A DNA stretch of 47,007 nt from Acidobacteriota bacterium (GTDB lineage Bacteria > Acidobacteriota > Vicinamibacteria > Vicinamibacterales > CAVVIG01), in the NCBI GenBank assembly GCA_025358945.1, contig JANYHS010000217.1:1-47007 (forward strand), given 5' to 3'. Below are positions 8,143 to 17,553 of the stretch, piece after piece. The position numbers and the translations under genes were made by a program. Below the pieces are notes generated by a model. It was not told the origin of the DNA. It saw nothing but the letters and a program-made list of their open reading frames with translations, and made no database searches. How positions within the stretch are numbered: position 1 is the stretch's first letter; each line of letters opens with the position of its first letter.

Positions 8143-9420
8143 AAAGCCTGCATCCTGGCGATCGGCAGCGAGATGCTGACGCCGTTTCGCGTTGACACGA
8201 ATTCACTCTTCATCACGGATCGTCTGAACACGATCGGGTACGACGTCCGACTCAAGGCGGTTGTGGCCGATGAGATCGGTGAGCTGGTGCGCGTGATCGA
8301 AAGCGCCCTCGACTGGGCCGACCTCATCGTGATCACCGGCGGGCTTGGCCCGACCGAGGACGACATGACGCGCGACGCGGTGGCGCGTGTGCTGAATGTG
8401 CCGCTCGACGTGGACGAGACCATCGTCGATCGCATCCGCGAGCGTTTTGCCAAACGGGGCATGACGATGCCGGAGATCAACCAGCGCCAGGCGATGGTGC
8501 CGCGTGGAGCGGACGTGCTGGCGAACCCCAACGGCACCGCTCCAGGGCTGTGGCTCGAAAAGGGGAGTACTGCGCTGGTGCTGCTGCCGGGTCCTCCGCG
8601 CGAAATGAAGCCGATGCTCGAGGCCGTGATCGCCCTTCGGCTTGCGCCAGGGTCGCACGGTCGCGGCTTGTTCCGGCGCGTGCTGAAGATCACCGGGCGC
8701 GCCGAATCAGACGTCGACGCTCAGGCGCAGCCGGTCTACGGCCGCTGGACCACGCAAGCGGTACCGATCAGCACCACGATTCTTGCCGTCCTCGGGCAGA
8801 TCGAGTTGCACCTGACGGTGCAGGCGGCGAGCCAGGCGGAGGCGGACATCGTCCTCGCCGCGGCCGTTCAGGAATTGCAGGCCGCGCTCGGGACGTCCGT
8901 CTACAGCGTCGATGGGCGCGCACTCGAAGCCGTCGTCGGTGATCTCCTGCGCGAACGAAAATTAACGGTGGCGATCGCCGAGTCGTGTACCGGTGGTCTG
9001 CTCGCCTCGCGCCTGACGGACGTGCCCGGCAGTTCCGACTATGTGGACCGCGGTGTGGTCTGCTACAGCAACCAGTCGAAAACGGACCTGGCCGGTGTGC
9101 CTGAGGCCCTGATGCGTGAGCACGGCGCGGTGAGCGAGCCGGTCGCGCAGGCGCTGGCTGAGGGCATTCGGTCGAGAGCGGGTACCAACGTCGGCATCGG
9201 CATCACCGGAATTGCCGGGCCCGGCGGCGGATCGCCAGAGAAGCCGGTTGGCACGGTGTCGGTCGCGGTGATCGTCGGCGCTGACATGCGCGTGCGCACG
9301 TTTCAGTTCATCGGCGGCCGCGAGATGGTGAAGTTTCAGGCCGCACAATCGGCGCTCAACATGACCCGGCTGCTGCTGCTGGGTCTGCCCGGCGGCCGTG
9401 AATGGGCGGAGCGTAAGTAA
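8140..9420 (+). CDS. cinA: CinA family protein (MoCF domain plus PncC-like NMN deamidase domain)
   Basis: MKACILAIGSEML, ITGGLGPTEDD and NPNGTAPG in the N-domain. AESCTGGLLA and GITGIAGPGGG in the C-domain. Confidence 0.9.
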   Translation: MKACILAIGSEMLTPFRVDTNSLFITDRLNTIGYDVRLKAVVADEIGELVRVIESALDWADLIVITGGLGPTEDDMTRDAVARVLNVPLDVDETIVDRIRERFAKRGMTMPEINQRQAMVPRGADVLANPNGTAPGLWLEKGSTALVLLPGPPREMKPMLEAVIALRLAPGSHGRGLFRRVLKITGRAESDVDAQAQPVYGRWTTQAVPISTTILAVLGQIELHLTVQAASQAEADIVLAAAVQELQAALGTSVYSVDGRALEAVVGDLLRERKLTVAIAESCTGGLLASRLTDVPGSSDYVDRGVVCYSNQSKTDLAGVPEALMREHGAVSEPVAQALAEGIRSRAGTNVGIGITGIAGPGGGSPEKPVGTVSVAVIVGADMRVRTFQFIGGREMVKFQAAQSALNMTRLLLLGLPGGREWAERK

Positions 9421-9421
9421 G

Positions 9422-10006
9422 ATGCCGATCACTGTGGTCATCGTCGCGTATGTGATCGGATCGATTCCGTTTGCGCTGATCGTCGCACGACGGTGGGGCA
9501 CCGATCTGCGTGAGGTCGGGAGCGGCAATCTTGGCGCGGCCAACGTGCTGCGGTCGTCCGGCGTCTACGCGGGCGCGATGGTCGCGGCGCTCGACATGGC
9601 GAAGGGCGTGGCCAGTGTCTGGCTCGCGGCGCGGATGAGCGACGGTCCCGGGCTGCCGGCGGCTGCGGGTCTGGCGGCGATCATCGGGCACGTGTATCCG
9701 ATCTGGCTGCGGGGTCGCGGTGGTAAAGGCGTGGCGACCGCATGCGGCGTGTTCGGCATGCTGACGCCGATGGCGCTTCCGCCCGCGCTGGCCATTTTTG
9801 CCGCCGCCGTCTGGGCGACGAAGTACATCTCGCTCGGGTCGGTGCTGGCGTCGATGGCGCTTCCACCAATCGCCTACGCGCTGGGGAGCCCCGCCCCCGC
9901 GGTCCTCGCGGCCACGGCTGCGGCGGTCGTCATCGTCTTCCGGCATCGGTCGAACGTTCTCCGGTTGTGGATGGGCGCCGAGCGCCGTTTCGGAGCGGGC
10001 GCATAA
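9422..10006 (+). CDS. plsY: Glycerol-3-phosphate acyltransferase PlsY
   Basis: Contains YVIGSIPFALIVARRWG, REVGSGNLGAANVLR and GGKGVAT. The ATG at 9422 lies 1 nt after the cinA stop. Confidence 0.9.
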   Translation: MPITVVIVAYVIGSIPFALIVARRWGTDLREVGSGNLGAANVLRSSGVYAGAMVAALDMAKGVASVWLAARMSDGPGLPAAAGLAAIIGHVYPIWLRGRGGKGVATACGVFGMLTPMALPPALAIFAAAVWATKYISLGSVLASMALPPIAYALGSPAPAVLAATAAAVVIVFRHRSNVLRLWMGAERRFGAGA

Positions 10007-11010
10007 TGCGAACGGTGGCGGTGCTGGGCGCCGGGAGCTGGGGCACCGCGCTTGCCGTCCACCTCGGCCACGCGGGACACGACGTGCGCCTCTGGGCCAG
10101 AGACGGGGCGCTCGTGAACGAGATGGCCGCGCGCCGCGCCAACGCGATCTACCTGCCCGACGTGCGGTTTCCAGACAGTCTCTCGGCGACGCCCTCGCTC
10201 GCTGATGCACTGCGCGACGCCGACCTCGTCGTGTCCGCCATTCCCTCGCATGGTTGTCGCAGTGTGATCCACGCCGCCGCAGAATTTCTGGCGCCGCATG
10301 CGGTCGTGGTCAGCGCCACCAAAGGGCTCGAGGCGGGCACGCTGTTGCGCATGTCCGAGGTGATCGCGCAAGAGGCCGGCTCGACGCATCCCGTCGTCGT
10401 CCTGTCGGGGCCGAGCTTTGCGAGTGAAGTCGCGCGACAACTGCCGACCGCGATTCTTGCTGCGTCGCTCGATGCCGCGGCCATCGAACTGGTGCAGCAC
10501 GAGTTTCGCGCGCCGTATTTCCGGCTGTACGGCAGCGACGATGTGGTCGGCGTGGAGATTGGCGCGGCCATGAAGAACATCATCGCGATCGCGGCGGGCG
10601 TGGTCGAAGGTCTCGGGCTCGGGCACAACGCGCTGGCCGCGCTGATTACGCGAGGGCTTGCCGAACTGACGCGCCTGGCGTGCGCCGCCGGGGGACGCCG
10701 CGAAACGCTCGCCGGGCTGAGCGGTCTCGGCGATCTCGTGCTGACGTGCACCGGCAATCTGAGCCGCAACCGCCACGTCGGCATCGAACTGGCGCGCGGC
10801 CGCTCGGTGTCGCAGATTCTGGCGTCGATGAAAATGGTCGCGGAAGGTGTGCTGACGACGGGCGCGGCGCTCGCGCTGGGGGAGCGCTACGGCATCGAAC
10901 TGCCGATCACGACGCAGATGGCCGATGTGCTCAGCGAGCGGATCGACGTGCGCACCGCGATCGACGTGCTGATGCTGCGCCGGCAGCGGTCGGAGGCGGA
11001 GACCGGATAA
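10006..11010 (+). CDS. gpsA: NAD(P)H-dependent glycerol-3-phosphate dehydrogenase
   Basis: MRTVAVLGAGSWGTALA Rossmann start; motifs GPSFA.EVA, KNIIAIAAG and NRHVG are present. TAATG overlap with plsY. Confidence 0.9.
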   Translation: MRTVAVLGAGSWGTALAVHLGHAGHDVRLWARDGALVNEMAARRANAIYLPDVRFPDSLSATPSLADALRDADLVVSAIPSHGCRSVIHAAAEFLAPHAVVVSATKGLEAGTLLRMSEVIAQEAGSTHPVVVLSGPSFASEVARQLPTAILAASLDAAAIELVQHEFRAPYFRLYGSDDVVGVEIGAAMKNIIAIAAGVVEGLGLGHNALAALITRGLAELTRLACAAGGRRETLAGLSGLGDLVLTCTGNLSRNRHVGIELARGRSVSQILASMKMVAEGVLTTGAALALGERYGIELPITTQMADVLSERIDVRTAIDVLMLRRQRSEAETG

Positions 11011-11020
11011 GATCGTCTGA

Positions 11021-11944
11021 ATGGGATTGCTCGGCCGTATCCGCGAGGGGCTCTCGCGCACCACCCGGCAGATTGTCGGCCGCTTCGACGAAATTGTGCG
11101 CGCCGCCGACACCCCCGAACGTCGTACGCGGCCGGTGGATGTCGAGACCGTCGAGGCGCTGGAGGAACTGCTGATCTCGGCGGACATCGGCGTCGCCGCC
11201 ACCACCCGCATCATCGCCGCCGTCACGAAACAATCGCGCAACGGCGCGAGCCTTCGCGACCTGGTCAAACAGGAAATTCGCGCAGTGTTTGCCGCGGTCG
11301 ATCGGCCATCGACTGTCGCTGTCCATCCGCAGGTGACGCTGATCGTCGGGGTCAACGGGACCGGCAAGACGACGACCGTGGGTAAGCTGGCCAATCTGCT
11401 GAAGAGTCAGGGCAAGACGCCGCTGATTTGCGCGGCCGACACGTTTCGCGCCGCGGCCGTGGAGCAGCTCGAGATCTGGGCGAACCGTGCCGGCGTCGAC
11501 ATGGTGCGCGCTCGAGAGGGCGCCGATCCGGCCGCCGTGGTGTTCGATGCCATCACGTCGGGTAAGGCCAAGGGCCGCGATCCGATTCTGATCGATACCG
11601 CCGGCCGGCTGCACACGCGCGTCAACCTGATGAACGAACTCGACAAGATCAAGCGCATCGCGGCGCGTGAGGTCCCCGGCGCGCCTCACGACGTGCTGCT
11701 CGTGCTCGATGCCACCGTCGGGCAGAACGGCGTGGCGCAGGCGCGTGAATTCATGAGCGTGGCCGGTGTGAACGGCATCGTGTTGACCAAGCTGGATGGC
11801 ACGGCGAAGGGCGGCGTTGCCGTGGCGATCGCCCACGATCTGAGGCTGCCGATCCGCTACGTCGGCGTCGGCGAAGGGATCAACGACCTCGTGCCGTTTT
11901 CGGCGGACGACTACGTGGACAGCCTGTTCGAAGAGACATGGTAG
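11021..11944 (+). CDS. ftsY: Signal recognition particle receptor FtsY (short form, NG domain only)
   Basis: Contains GVNGTGKTTTVGKLA, DTAGRLH and TKLDGTAKGG. 307 aa with no acidic A-domain. Confidence 0.9.
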   Translation: MGLLGRIREGLSRTTRQIVGRFDEIVRAADTPERRTRPVDVETVEALEELLISADIGVAATTRIIAAVTKQSRNGASLRDLVKQEIRAVFAAVDRPSTVAVHPQVTLIVGVNGTGKTTTVGKLANLLKSQGKTPLICAADTFRAAAVEQLEIWANRAGVDMVRAREGADPAAVVFDAITSGKAKGRDPILIDTAGRLHTRVNLMNELDKIKRIAAREVPGAPHDVLLVLDATVGQNGVAQAREFMSVAGVNGIVLTKLDGTAKGGVAVAIAHDLRLPIRYVGVGEGINDLVPFSADDYVDSLFEETW

Positions 11945-13020
11945 AGCGCGACTACATGGAGCGCGCGCTGTTTCACGCGGCGCGAGGCGCGGGGCGCACG
12001 AGCCCCAATCCGCTGGTGGGCGCGGTGATTGTGTCGAGTGACGGTGTCGTCGTGGGGCAGGGTTTTCATCAGCGCGCTGGCGGACCGCATGCGGAAGTCC
12101 ATGCGCTGGAAGAGGCGGGTGCGCGCGCTCGCGGCGCCACGCTGTACTGCACGCTCGAACCCTGCTGTCATCAGGGGCGCACGGGGCCGTGCGTCAGCCG
12201 GATCGTGGACGCCGGCATCGCGCGCGTCGTCGCGGCCGTGGAGGATCCGAACCCGGCGGTCCGAGGCCGCGGCTTTGCGTTTCTGCGCGAACACGGCGTG
12301 ACCGTGGACGTCGGGCTGGCCGCTGAGCGGGCGGTGACGCTGAACCAGCCGTTCTTTACGCTGATGCGCGAAGGGCGGCCGTTCGTCGTGCTGAAGGCCG
12401 CGATGAGCCTTGATGGCAGCATCGCCGCGGCGTCTGGCAGCCGGACGCTCCTGACGTCGGCCGCGGCCAACCGTCACGCGCATCGTGTGCGGGCGGAGGT
12501 AGACGCGATCGGTGTCGGCAGCGGCACGATTCTCAGCGACGATCCCGAACTGACCGCCCGCGGCGCATATCGGGAGCGCCCACTGGCCCGCGTGATCTTC
12601 GACCGCCGGCTGCGCACACCGCCGGACGCGCGCGTCCTCTCGACACCCGACGCCGGGCCTGTCATCATCGTGACGACGGCGGAGGCGGCGGCGCGTGCCG
12701 AATTGCGCAGGCCGCTCGAAGCACGAGGCGCCCATATCGAGGTGGCGGCCGACCGGACGCTCCGCGCGGCGTTGCGGCGGCTGGCAGAGCGGCAGATCGA
12801 ATCGTTGCTGCTTGAAGGCGGCGCCGCGGTGCATGCGGCCGCGTGGGATGAAGGATTGGTCGATTACGTACGGCTCTATGTCACGCCGCACGTGCTTGGC
12901 GCCGGTGCGTTGCCGCTGCTCGCGGAACGTGAGTTTTCGTGGGAGGACCTGCGCGATCGGCGCGTGCTGCCGCTCGGCCCCGACGTGCTGATAGAGGGAT
13001 ATGTTCACGGGACTCGTTGA
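11938..13020 (+). CDS. ribD: Bifunctional riboflavin biosynthesis deaminase/reductase RibD
   Basis: Contains NPLVGAVIV, HAEVHAL and TLEPCCHQGRTGPC (zinc deaminase motif), plus a C-terminal reductase domain. Overlaps the ftsY end by 7 nt. Confidence 0.9.
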   Translation: MVERDYMERALFHAARGAGRTSPNPLVGAVIVSSDGVVVGQGFHQRAGGPHAEVHALEEAGARARGATLYCTLEPCCHQGRTGPCVSRIVDAGIARVVAAVEDPNPAVRGRGFAFLREHGVTVDVGLAAERAVTLNQPFFTLMREGRPFVVLKAAMSLDGSIAAASGSRTLLTSAAANRHAHRVRAEVDAIGVGSGTILSDDPELTARGAYRERPLARVIFDRRLRTPPDARVLSTPDAGPVIIVTTAEAAARAELRRPLEARGAHIEVAADRTLRAALRRLAERQIESLLLEGGAAVHAAAWDEGLVDYVRLYVTPHVLGAGALPLLAEREFSWEDLRDRRVLPLGPDVLIEGYVHGTR

Positions 13021-13630
13021 AGGCATTGGCGAACTGGTCGAGCGCAAGCCGACCAGCGGCGGGTTCCGTCTGCGCATTGGCACGGCGCTGGCGCCGGAGC
13101 TGGCTCCTGGCGACAGCCTCGCCGTCAACGGCGTCTGCCTGACGGTGATCCTCGCCGAACGGGACGAGATTCATGCGGACGTCGGACCCGAGACGATCCG
13201 CGTGACGACGATCGGCACCCTCAAGCGCGGATGCGCCCTGAATCTCGAGCGGCCGCTGCGCGCCGACCAGCGTTTCGGTGGTCACTTCGTGCAGGGACAC
13301 GTCGATGCGATCGGCCACATCGAGGAGCTGCGGCAGGACACCGAGTTCCACTGGCTGACCGTCAGTTTTCCGCCCAACCTCGCCCCGCTGATCGTCCACA
13401 AGGGATCGATTGCCGTCGACGGGATCAGCCTCACCGTCGCCGGGCTTGGCGCGGATCGATTCGACATCATGGTCGTGCCGTACACGATGGCGCACACCAA
13501 TCTCGGGCGGATCACGATCCGCGACCGCGTCAACCTCGAATGCGACATGGTCGGCAAGTACGTCGTCCGCGCCGCGGAACTGGCTGGTCTGACGCTCGGC
13601 GGCGTTCGACCAGGGGAAGTCACACACTGA
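13001..13630 (+). CDS. ribE: Riboflavin synthase
   Basis: MFTGLVEGIG start with duplicated lumazine-binding halves (SLAVNGVCLT / SIAVDGISLT). Confidence 0.9.
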   Translation: MFTGLVEGIGELVERKPTSGGFRLRIGTALAPELAPGDSLAVNGVCLTVILAERDEIHADVGPETIRVTTIGTLKRGCALNLERPLRADQRFGGHFVQGHVDAIGHIEELRQDTEFHWLTVSFPPNLAPLIVHKGSIAVDGISLTVAGLGADRFDIMVVPYTMAHTNLGRITIRDRVNLECDMVGKYVVRAAELAGLTLGGVRPGEVTH

Positions 13631-14922
13631 TGAAGAAGACCACGAAGGGCTCAGGGCTGGGGGCTCCGGGCAAGTCTCACGCCCGGCCGGTGCTGGCGCT
13701 GGCCACGAAGAAAACGCACTCGCCGTTCGCCCGCATCGAGGACGCGGTCGCCGCAGTCCGCGCGGGCAAGATGATCATCATCGTCGACGATGCGGACCGG
13801 GAGAATGAGGGCGATCTGATGATCGCGGCCGAGAAGGTGACGCCGGAGGCGATCAACTTCATGGCGCGGTACGGCCGCGGCCTGGTCTGCCTGTCGATGA
13901 CCCCCGAGCGGCTCGACGAGCTCGATATCCCGCTGATGGTCAGTCAGAACAGCTCGAAATTCGACACGGCGTTTTGCGTGCCGGTCGAGGCGAGAGAGCG
14001 CACGAGCACCGGCATCTCGGCCGCGGATCGCGCCGTCACGGTGCTGACCGCGATCGATCCGGCGACCAGGCCTGCGGATCTGCTGCGGCCGGGCCACATG
14101 TTTCCGCTGCGTTCGCGCCCCGGCGGCGTGCTGGTGCGCGCCGGGCAGACCGAAGCGTCGGTGGACATCTCGCGAATCGCCGGCCTGTATCCGGCCGGCG
14201 TGATCTGCGAGGTGATGAACGACGACGGCACGATGGCGCGGGTGCCGCAGCTGGCGAAGGTGGCGAAGCGCCACGGCCTGCTGATGATCACGGTCGCGGA
14301 TCTCATCACCTACCGCATGAGCACCGAGTCGCTGGTGAAGGCCGCGGCGTCGGCCAAGATGCCGACCGACTACGGTGACTTCCGGGTGCATGCGTTCGAG
14401 AGCCAGGTGGACAACCAGACGCATGTCGCGCTGGTGAAGGGCGATCTCGGTAACGGGAAGGACGTCCTGGTCCGCGTGCACTCGTCATGCCTCACCGGCG
14501 ACGGCCTCCACTCGATCCGCTGCGATTGCGGCATGCAGCTCGATGCAGCGATGGAGAGAATTGCTCTCGAAGGTCGCGGCATCCTGCTGTATCTGAATCA
14601 GGAAGGACGCGGCATCGGTCTCGCGAACAAGATCCGAGCCTATGAATTGCAGGACCAGGGTCTGGACACGGTCGAGGCCAATGAGAAGCTCGGCTTCAAG
14701 GCCGATCAGCGCGACTACGGCATCGGCGTGCAGATCCTGCGGGAGCTCGGCGTGCGTTCGATGCGGCTGCTGAGCAACAACCCGCGCAAACTGGTGGGGA
14801 TTGAAGGCTACGGACTCACGGTCAGCGAGTGGATGCCGCTCGAGATTCCGGCGCAGGACTCGACGCGGCGGTACCTGAAGACCAAGAAAGAGAAGATGGG
14901 GCACAAGCTCTCATCGGTCTGA
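13630..14922 (+). CDS. ribBA: Bifunctional DHBP synthase / GTP cyclohydrolase II
   Basis: Contains [26 protein letters not shown] and [15 protein letters not shown]. The ATG at 13630 overlaps the ribE stop. An in-frame GTG at 13690 is an alternative start downstream of the G-run element. Confidence 0.9.
   Translation: MKKTTKGSGLGAPGKSHARPVLALATKKTHSPFARIEDAVAAVRAGKMIIIVDDADRENEGDLMIAAEKVTPEAINFMARYGRGLVCLSMTPERLDELDIPLMVSQNSSKFDTAFCVPVEARERTSTGISAADRAVTVLTAIDPATRPADLLRPGHMFPLRSRPGGVLVRAGQTEASVDISRIAGLYPAGVICEVMNDDGTMARVPQLAKVAKRHGLLMITVADLITYRMSTESLVKAAASAKMPTDYGDFRVHAFESQVDNQTHVALVKGDLGNGKDVLVRVHSSCLTGDGLHSIRCDCGMQLDAAMERIALEGRGILLYLNQEGRGIGLANKIRAYELQDQGLDTVEANEKLGFKADQRDYGIGVQILRELGVRSMRLLSNNPRKLVGIEGYGLTVSEWMPLEIPAQDSTRRYLKTKKEKMGHKLSSV
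13647..13670 (+). repeat. Four-run G-tract (canonical G-quadruplex pattern) containing the second copy of GGCTCRGGGCTGGGG
   Basis: GGGctcaGGGctGGGGGctccGGG. Confidence 0.6.
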
Positions 14923-15317
14923 TGGCGTCGCTCGTGCTGTTTGACGGCGTGTGCCACCTGTGCAACGGGTTTGTGCAGTTTGTGATCGCGCGCGATCCGG
15001 CGGGACGGTTTCAATTCGGCGCGCTGCAGACCCCGTCGGCGCGTCGCGTCCTGGATCTCCAAGACACGCCGGATCCCCTGCCCGACACGCTCGTCCTGGT
15101 CGACCAGGGGCGCGTGTTCACGCGATCGACCGCGGTGCTTCGTATTGCGAGGCATCTCACGTTTCCCTGGCCGTTGGCGTACGCCTTTCTCGCCGTACCG
15201 CGTCCCCTCCGCGACTGGATCTACGCCATCGTCGCCCGCCATCGCTATCAATGGTTCGGCAAACGCGAGCATTGCATGGTGCCAACCCCAGACGTTCGAG
15301 CCCGATTCATCGACTGA
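14922..15317 (+). CDS. DCC-family thiol-disulfide oxidoreductase (DUF393)
   Basis: [25 protein letters not shown] (CxxC) and an ATG overlapping the ribBA stop (TGATG). Confidence 0.8.
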   Translation: MASLVLFDGVCHLCNGFVQFVIARDPAGRFQFGALQTPSARRVLDLQDTPDPLPDTLVLVDQGRVFTRSTAVLRIARHLTFPWPLAYAFLAVPRPLRDWIYAIVARHRYQWFGKREHCMVPTPDVRARFID

Positions 15318-15354
15318 TTTCAGGACGATGCAGTAGAGTGGATCGTCGCAGTCC

Positions 15355-15672
15355 ATGACGGTCAAAGGTCAACTTCACGCATGCCGGGATTCGTTGATGG
15401 CGGGGATGCGCGCCGCCGCGCGGGGATCCTCACCGAACCCGCGCGCGGAGCCGCTGCTGCGCGCCTGCCTCGATCTCGTCGAGCACCTCGTGCGGCAGTC
15501 GCTTGACGTCACCAAGGCTGAGGTTGACACGACCCTGGCGGTCCTGGAGCGCGCATTTGGCGAGCTGGAAGACGGCGTCAGCGCGGAAGCGACGATGAAC
15601 CCCGCCTCGGTGGCGCTGAAAAACGCGATCGGCCGTCTCAAGGCCCTCCGGCTCGAGCTCGGCGCCAGGTAA
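15355..15672 (+). CDS. Hypothetical helical protein (105 aa)
   Basis: Open frame with GC3-rich codon usage like its neighbours. No family recognised. Confidence 0.4.
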   Translation: MTVKGQLHACRDSLMAGMRAAARGSSPNPRAEPLLRACLDLVEHLVRQSLDVTKAEVDTTLAVLERAFGELEDGVSAEATMNPASVALKNAIGRLKALRLELGAR

Positions 15673-15687
15673 TTGGTCTCCCTGCGG

Positions 15688-15716
15688 TTGACACGCCGAA
15701 GCCCGTCCGCTACGAT
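15688..15716 (+). promoter_or_regulatory. Sigma70-type promoter upstream of ffh
   Basis: TTGACA (15688-15693), a 17-bp spacer, then TACGAT (15711-15716), 32 nt before the ffh ATG. Confidence 0.55.
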
Positions 15717-15747
15717 AAGGGTTTGCGGTAGAGCGGGTTAGCGGCAC

Positions 15748-17121
15748 ATGTTCGAGTCCCTCAGCACACGACTTCAGGACGTTTTCAAGACGCTGCGGGG
15801 CGAGTCCCGGCTGACGCCTGAAAACATTGAAGCGGCGTTGCGGGAGATTCGTCTCGCCCTGCTCGAAGCTGACGTCAATTTCAAGGTCGTCAAGGCGTTC
15901 GTGGACCGCGTGCGCGACCGCGCGATGGACGCGGTCACGAACAAGGACACGCTGCGTGGCCTCGGGCCGTCGCAGGAAGTCGTCAAGATCGTTCGCGACG
16001 AGATGGTGGCGCTCTTCGGCAATGCCGAGGGCGGTCTCCAGGCCACGACGAAGCGGCCGCGTGTGATCCTGATGCTCGGGTTACAGGGCGCGGGCAAGAC
16101 GACGACGTCGGGCAAGCTCGCGATGTGGCTGAAGACGCAGGGCAAGCATCCCCTGCTCGTGTCGACGGACGTCAAGCGTCCCGCCGCGATTCAGCAGTTG
16201 AACGTCGTGGCGGAGAAAGTCGGCGTCCGAGTACACGACCCGGCCGGCGAAATGAATCCGGTGACGCGAGCCAAGGGCGCAGTCGCCGAGGCGACGACGC
16301 TGGGGTTCGACGTCGTGATCGTCGATACGGCGGGCCGTCTGCACATCGACGACGAGCTGATGGCCGAACTCGTCGCGATTAAGAACGTGACGGACCCGTC
16401 GGATCTGCTCTTCGTCGCCGACGCGATGACGGGGCAGGACGCGATTAAGAGCGCGGGCGAGTTCAACGCGCAGGTCGGCGTCACCGGTGTGGTGCTGACG
16501 AAGATGGACGGCGACGCGCGCGGCGGCGCGGCGCTGTCGGTGGTGTCGGTGGTCGGCGTGCCGATCGCGTTTGTCGGCAGCGGTGAACGGCTCGAGGATC
16601 TGGAGCCGTTCCACCCGGAGCGCGTGGTGTCGCGCGTCCTGGGGATGGGCGACGTGCTGTCGCTCATCGAGCGGGCGGAAGCGGCCATCGACGTCGCGGA
16701 CGCGGAGCGGCTCGAAGAGAAGATTCGATCGAACGACTTCACGCTCGAGGATTTCCGCGATCAACTCAAGACGATCCGGAAGATGGGGCCGCTCGAACAG
16801 ATCATGGGGATGCTGCCCGGGATGGGCAACCTCAAGGCGCTGGCGGAGAATAAGCCGGACGAGAAGCAGATTACACGCATCGAGGCGATCATCGGTTCGA
16901 TGACGCCGGAAGAGCGGCGTAAGCAGCACATCATCAACGGCAGCCGGCGCAAGCGGATCGCGAAGGGCAGCGGGACGTCGGTTGAAGATGTGAATCGACT
17001 GTTGAAGCAGTTCGTCCAGATGCAGAAGATGTTGAAGTCGCTCGGCGGGATGGCCGGGCTGGCCGGGGGCGGCAAGGGTGCGCGCCGCTCGGCCATGCAG
17101 ATGCTGCGCAACCGCGGATAA
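15748..17121 (+). CDS. ffh: Signal recognition particle protein Ffh
   Basis: Contains GLQGAGKTTTSGKLA, DTAGRLH and TKMDGDARGGAA, plus a Met-rich M domain (GMLPGMG). Confidence 0.95.
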   Translation: MFESLSTRLQDVFKTLRGESRLTPENIEAALREIRLALLEADVNFKVVKAFVDRVRDRAMDAVTNKDTLRGLGPSQEVVKIVRDEMVALFGNAEGGLQATTKRPRVILMLGLQGAGKTTTSGKLAMWLKTQGKHPLLVSTDVKRPAAIQQLNVVAEKVGVRVHDPAGEMNPVTRAKGAVAEATTLGFDVVIVDTAGRLHIDDELMAELVAIKNVTDPSDLLFVADAMTGQDAIKSAGEFNAQVGVTGVVLTKMDGDARGGAALSVVSVVGVPIAFVGSGERLEDLEPFHPERVVSRVLGMGDVLSLIERAEAAIDVADAERLEEKIRSNDFTLEDFRDQLKTIRKMGPLEQIMGMLPGMGNLKALAENKPDEKQITRIEAIIGSMTPEERRKQHIINGSRRKRIAKGSGTSVEDVNRLLKQFVQMQKMLKSLGGMAGLAGGGKGARRSAMQMLRNRG

Positions 17122-17139
17122 CCGCGGTGCTCGCTAAAT

Positions 17140-17222
17140 GCGCCCGCCTTCGCGGCAAAGCCGCTTCGGCGGGTCCGTCCGTAGCTCGCACACACAACGT
17201 GAGCGAGCGAAGGCGGACAGCG
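17140..17222 (+). promoter_or_regulatory. Predicted three-way structured element in the ffh-rpsP spacer
   Basis: A 10-bp perfect outer helix (17144-17153 with 17207-17216) encloses a CCGC-UUCG-GCGG hairpin (17161-17172) and a GCTCGC/GTGAGC hairpin (17184-17204). Confidence 0.3.
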
Positions 17223-17268
17223 AAACAAGCGTTCGGGTCGAGCCCCGGAAGCTTTTCAGGAGAGTCAG

Positions 17269-17553
17269 ATGGTCGCCATTCGTTTGCGTCGCGCCGGTTC
17301 CAAAAAGCGCCCGTTCTTCCGCATCGTCGTGACCGATTCACGGGCTGCCCGCGACAGTTCCTTCGTGGAAATCCTCGGACACTACAACCCACGCACGCGT
17401 CCGGCGCTGGTCGACATTCAGCAGGCCCGCGTGGACTACTGGATCAGCAAGGGCGCGCAGCCGTCTGATTCGGTCCGCACGCTGATCAAGCGTCATCTGA
17501 CGCCGGTCGTCGTGACGCCCGCGGCGTCTCCTGCGGCGCCCGAGGCGAAGTGA
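17269..17553 (+). CDS. rpsP: 30S ribosomal protein S16
   Basis: MVAIRLRRAGSKKRPFFRIVVTDSRAARD, with SD AGGAGAG 6 nt upstream. Confidence 0.95.
   Translation: MVAIRLRRAGSKKRPFFRIVVTDSRAARDSSFVEILGHYNPRTRPALVDIQQARVDYWISKGAQPSDSVRTLIKRHLTPVVVTPAASPAAPEAK

Noticed and set aside
9874-11394. 506-aa ORF antisense to gpsA/ftsY
   Set aside because: It spans two well-supported sense genes and their junction. The composition is Arg/Ala/Ser/Thr-rich and no domain signature is present.
11938-11960. Looked for FMN and TPP riboswitches upstream of ribD and thiE
   Set aside because: Both genes overlap the preceding CDS, so there is no leader long enough to hold either riboswitch.
13077-13093. Sigma54-like TGGCAC-N5-TGGC sequence
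   Set aside because: It lies inside ribE coding sequence, the -12 element is off consensus (TGGC rather than TTGC), and no gene start follows. It is probably chance in a GC-rich sequence.
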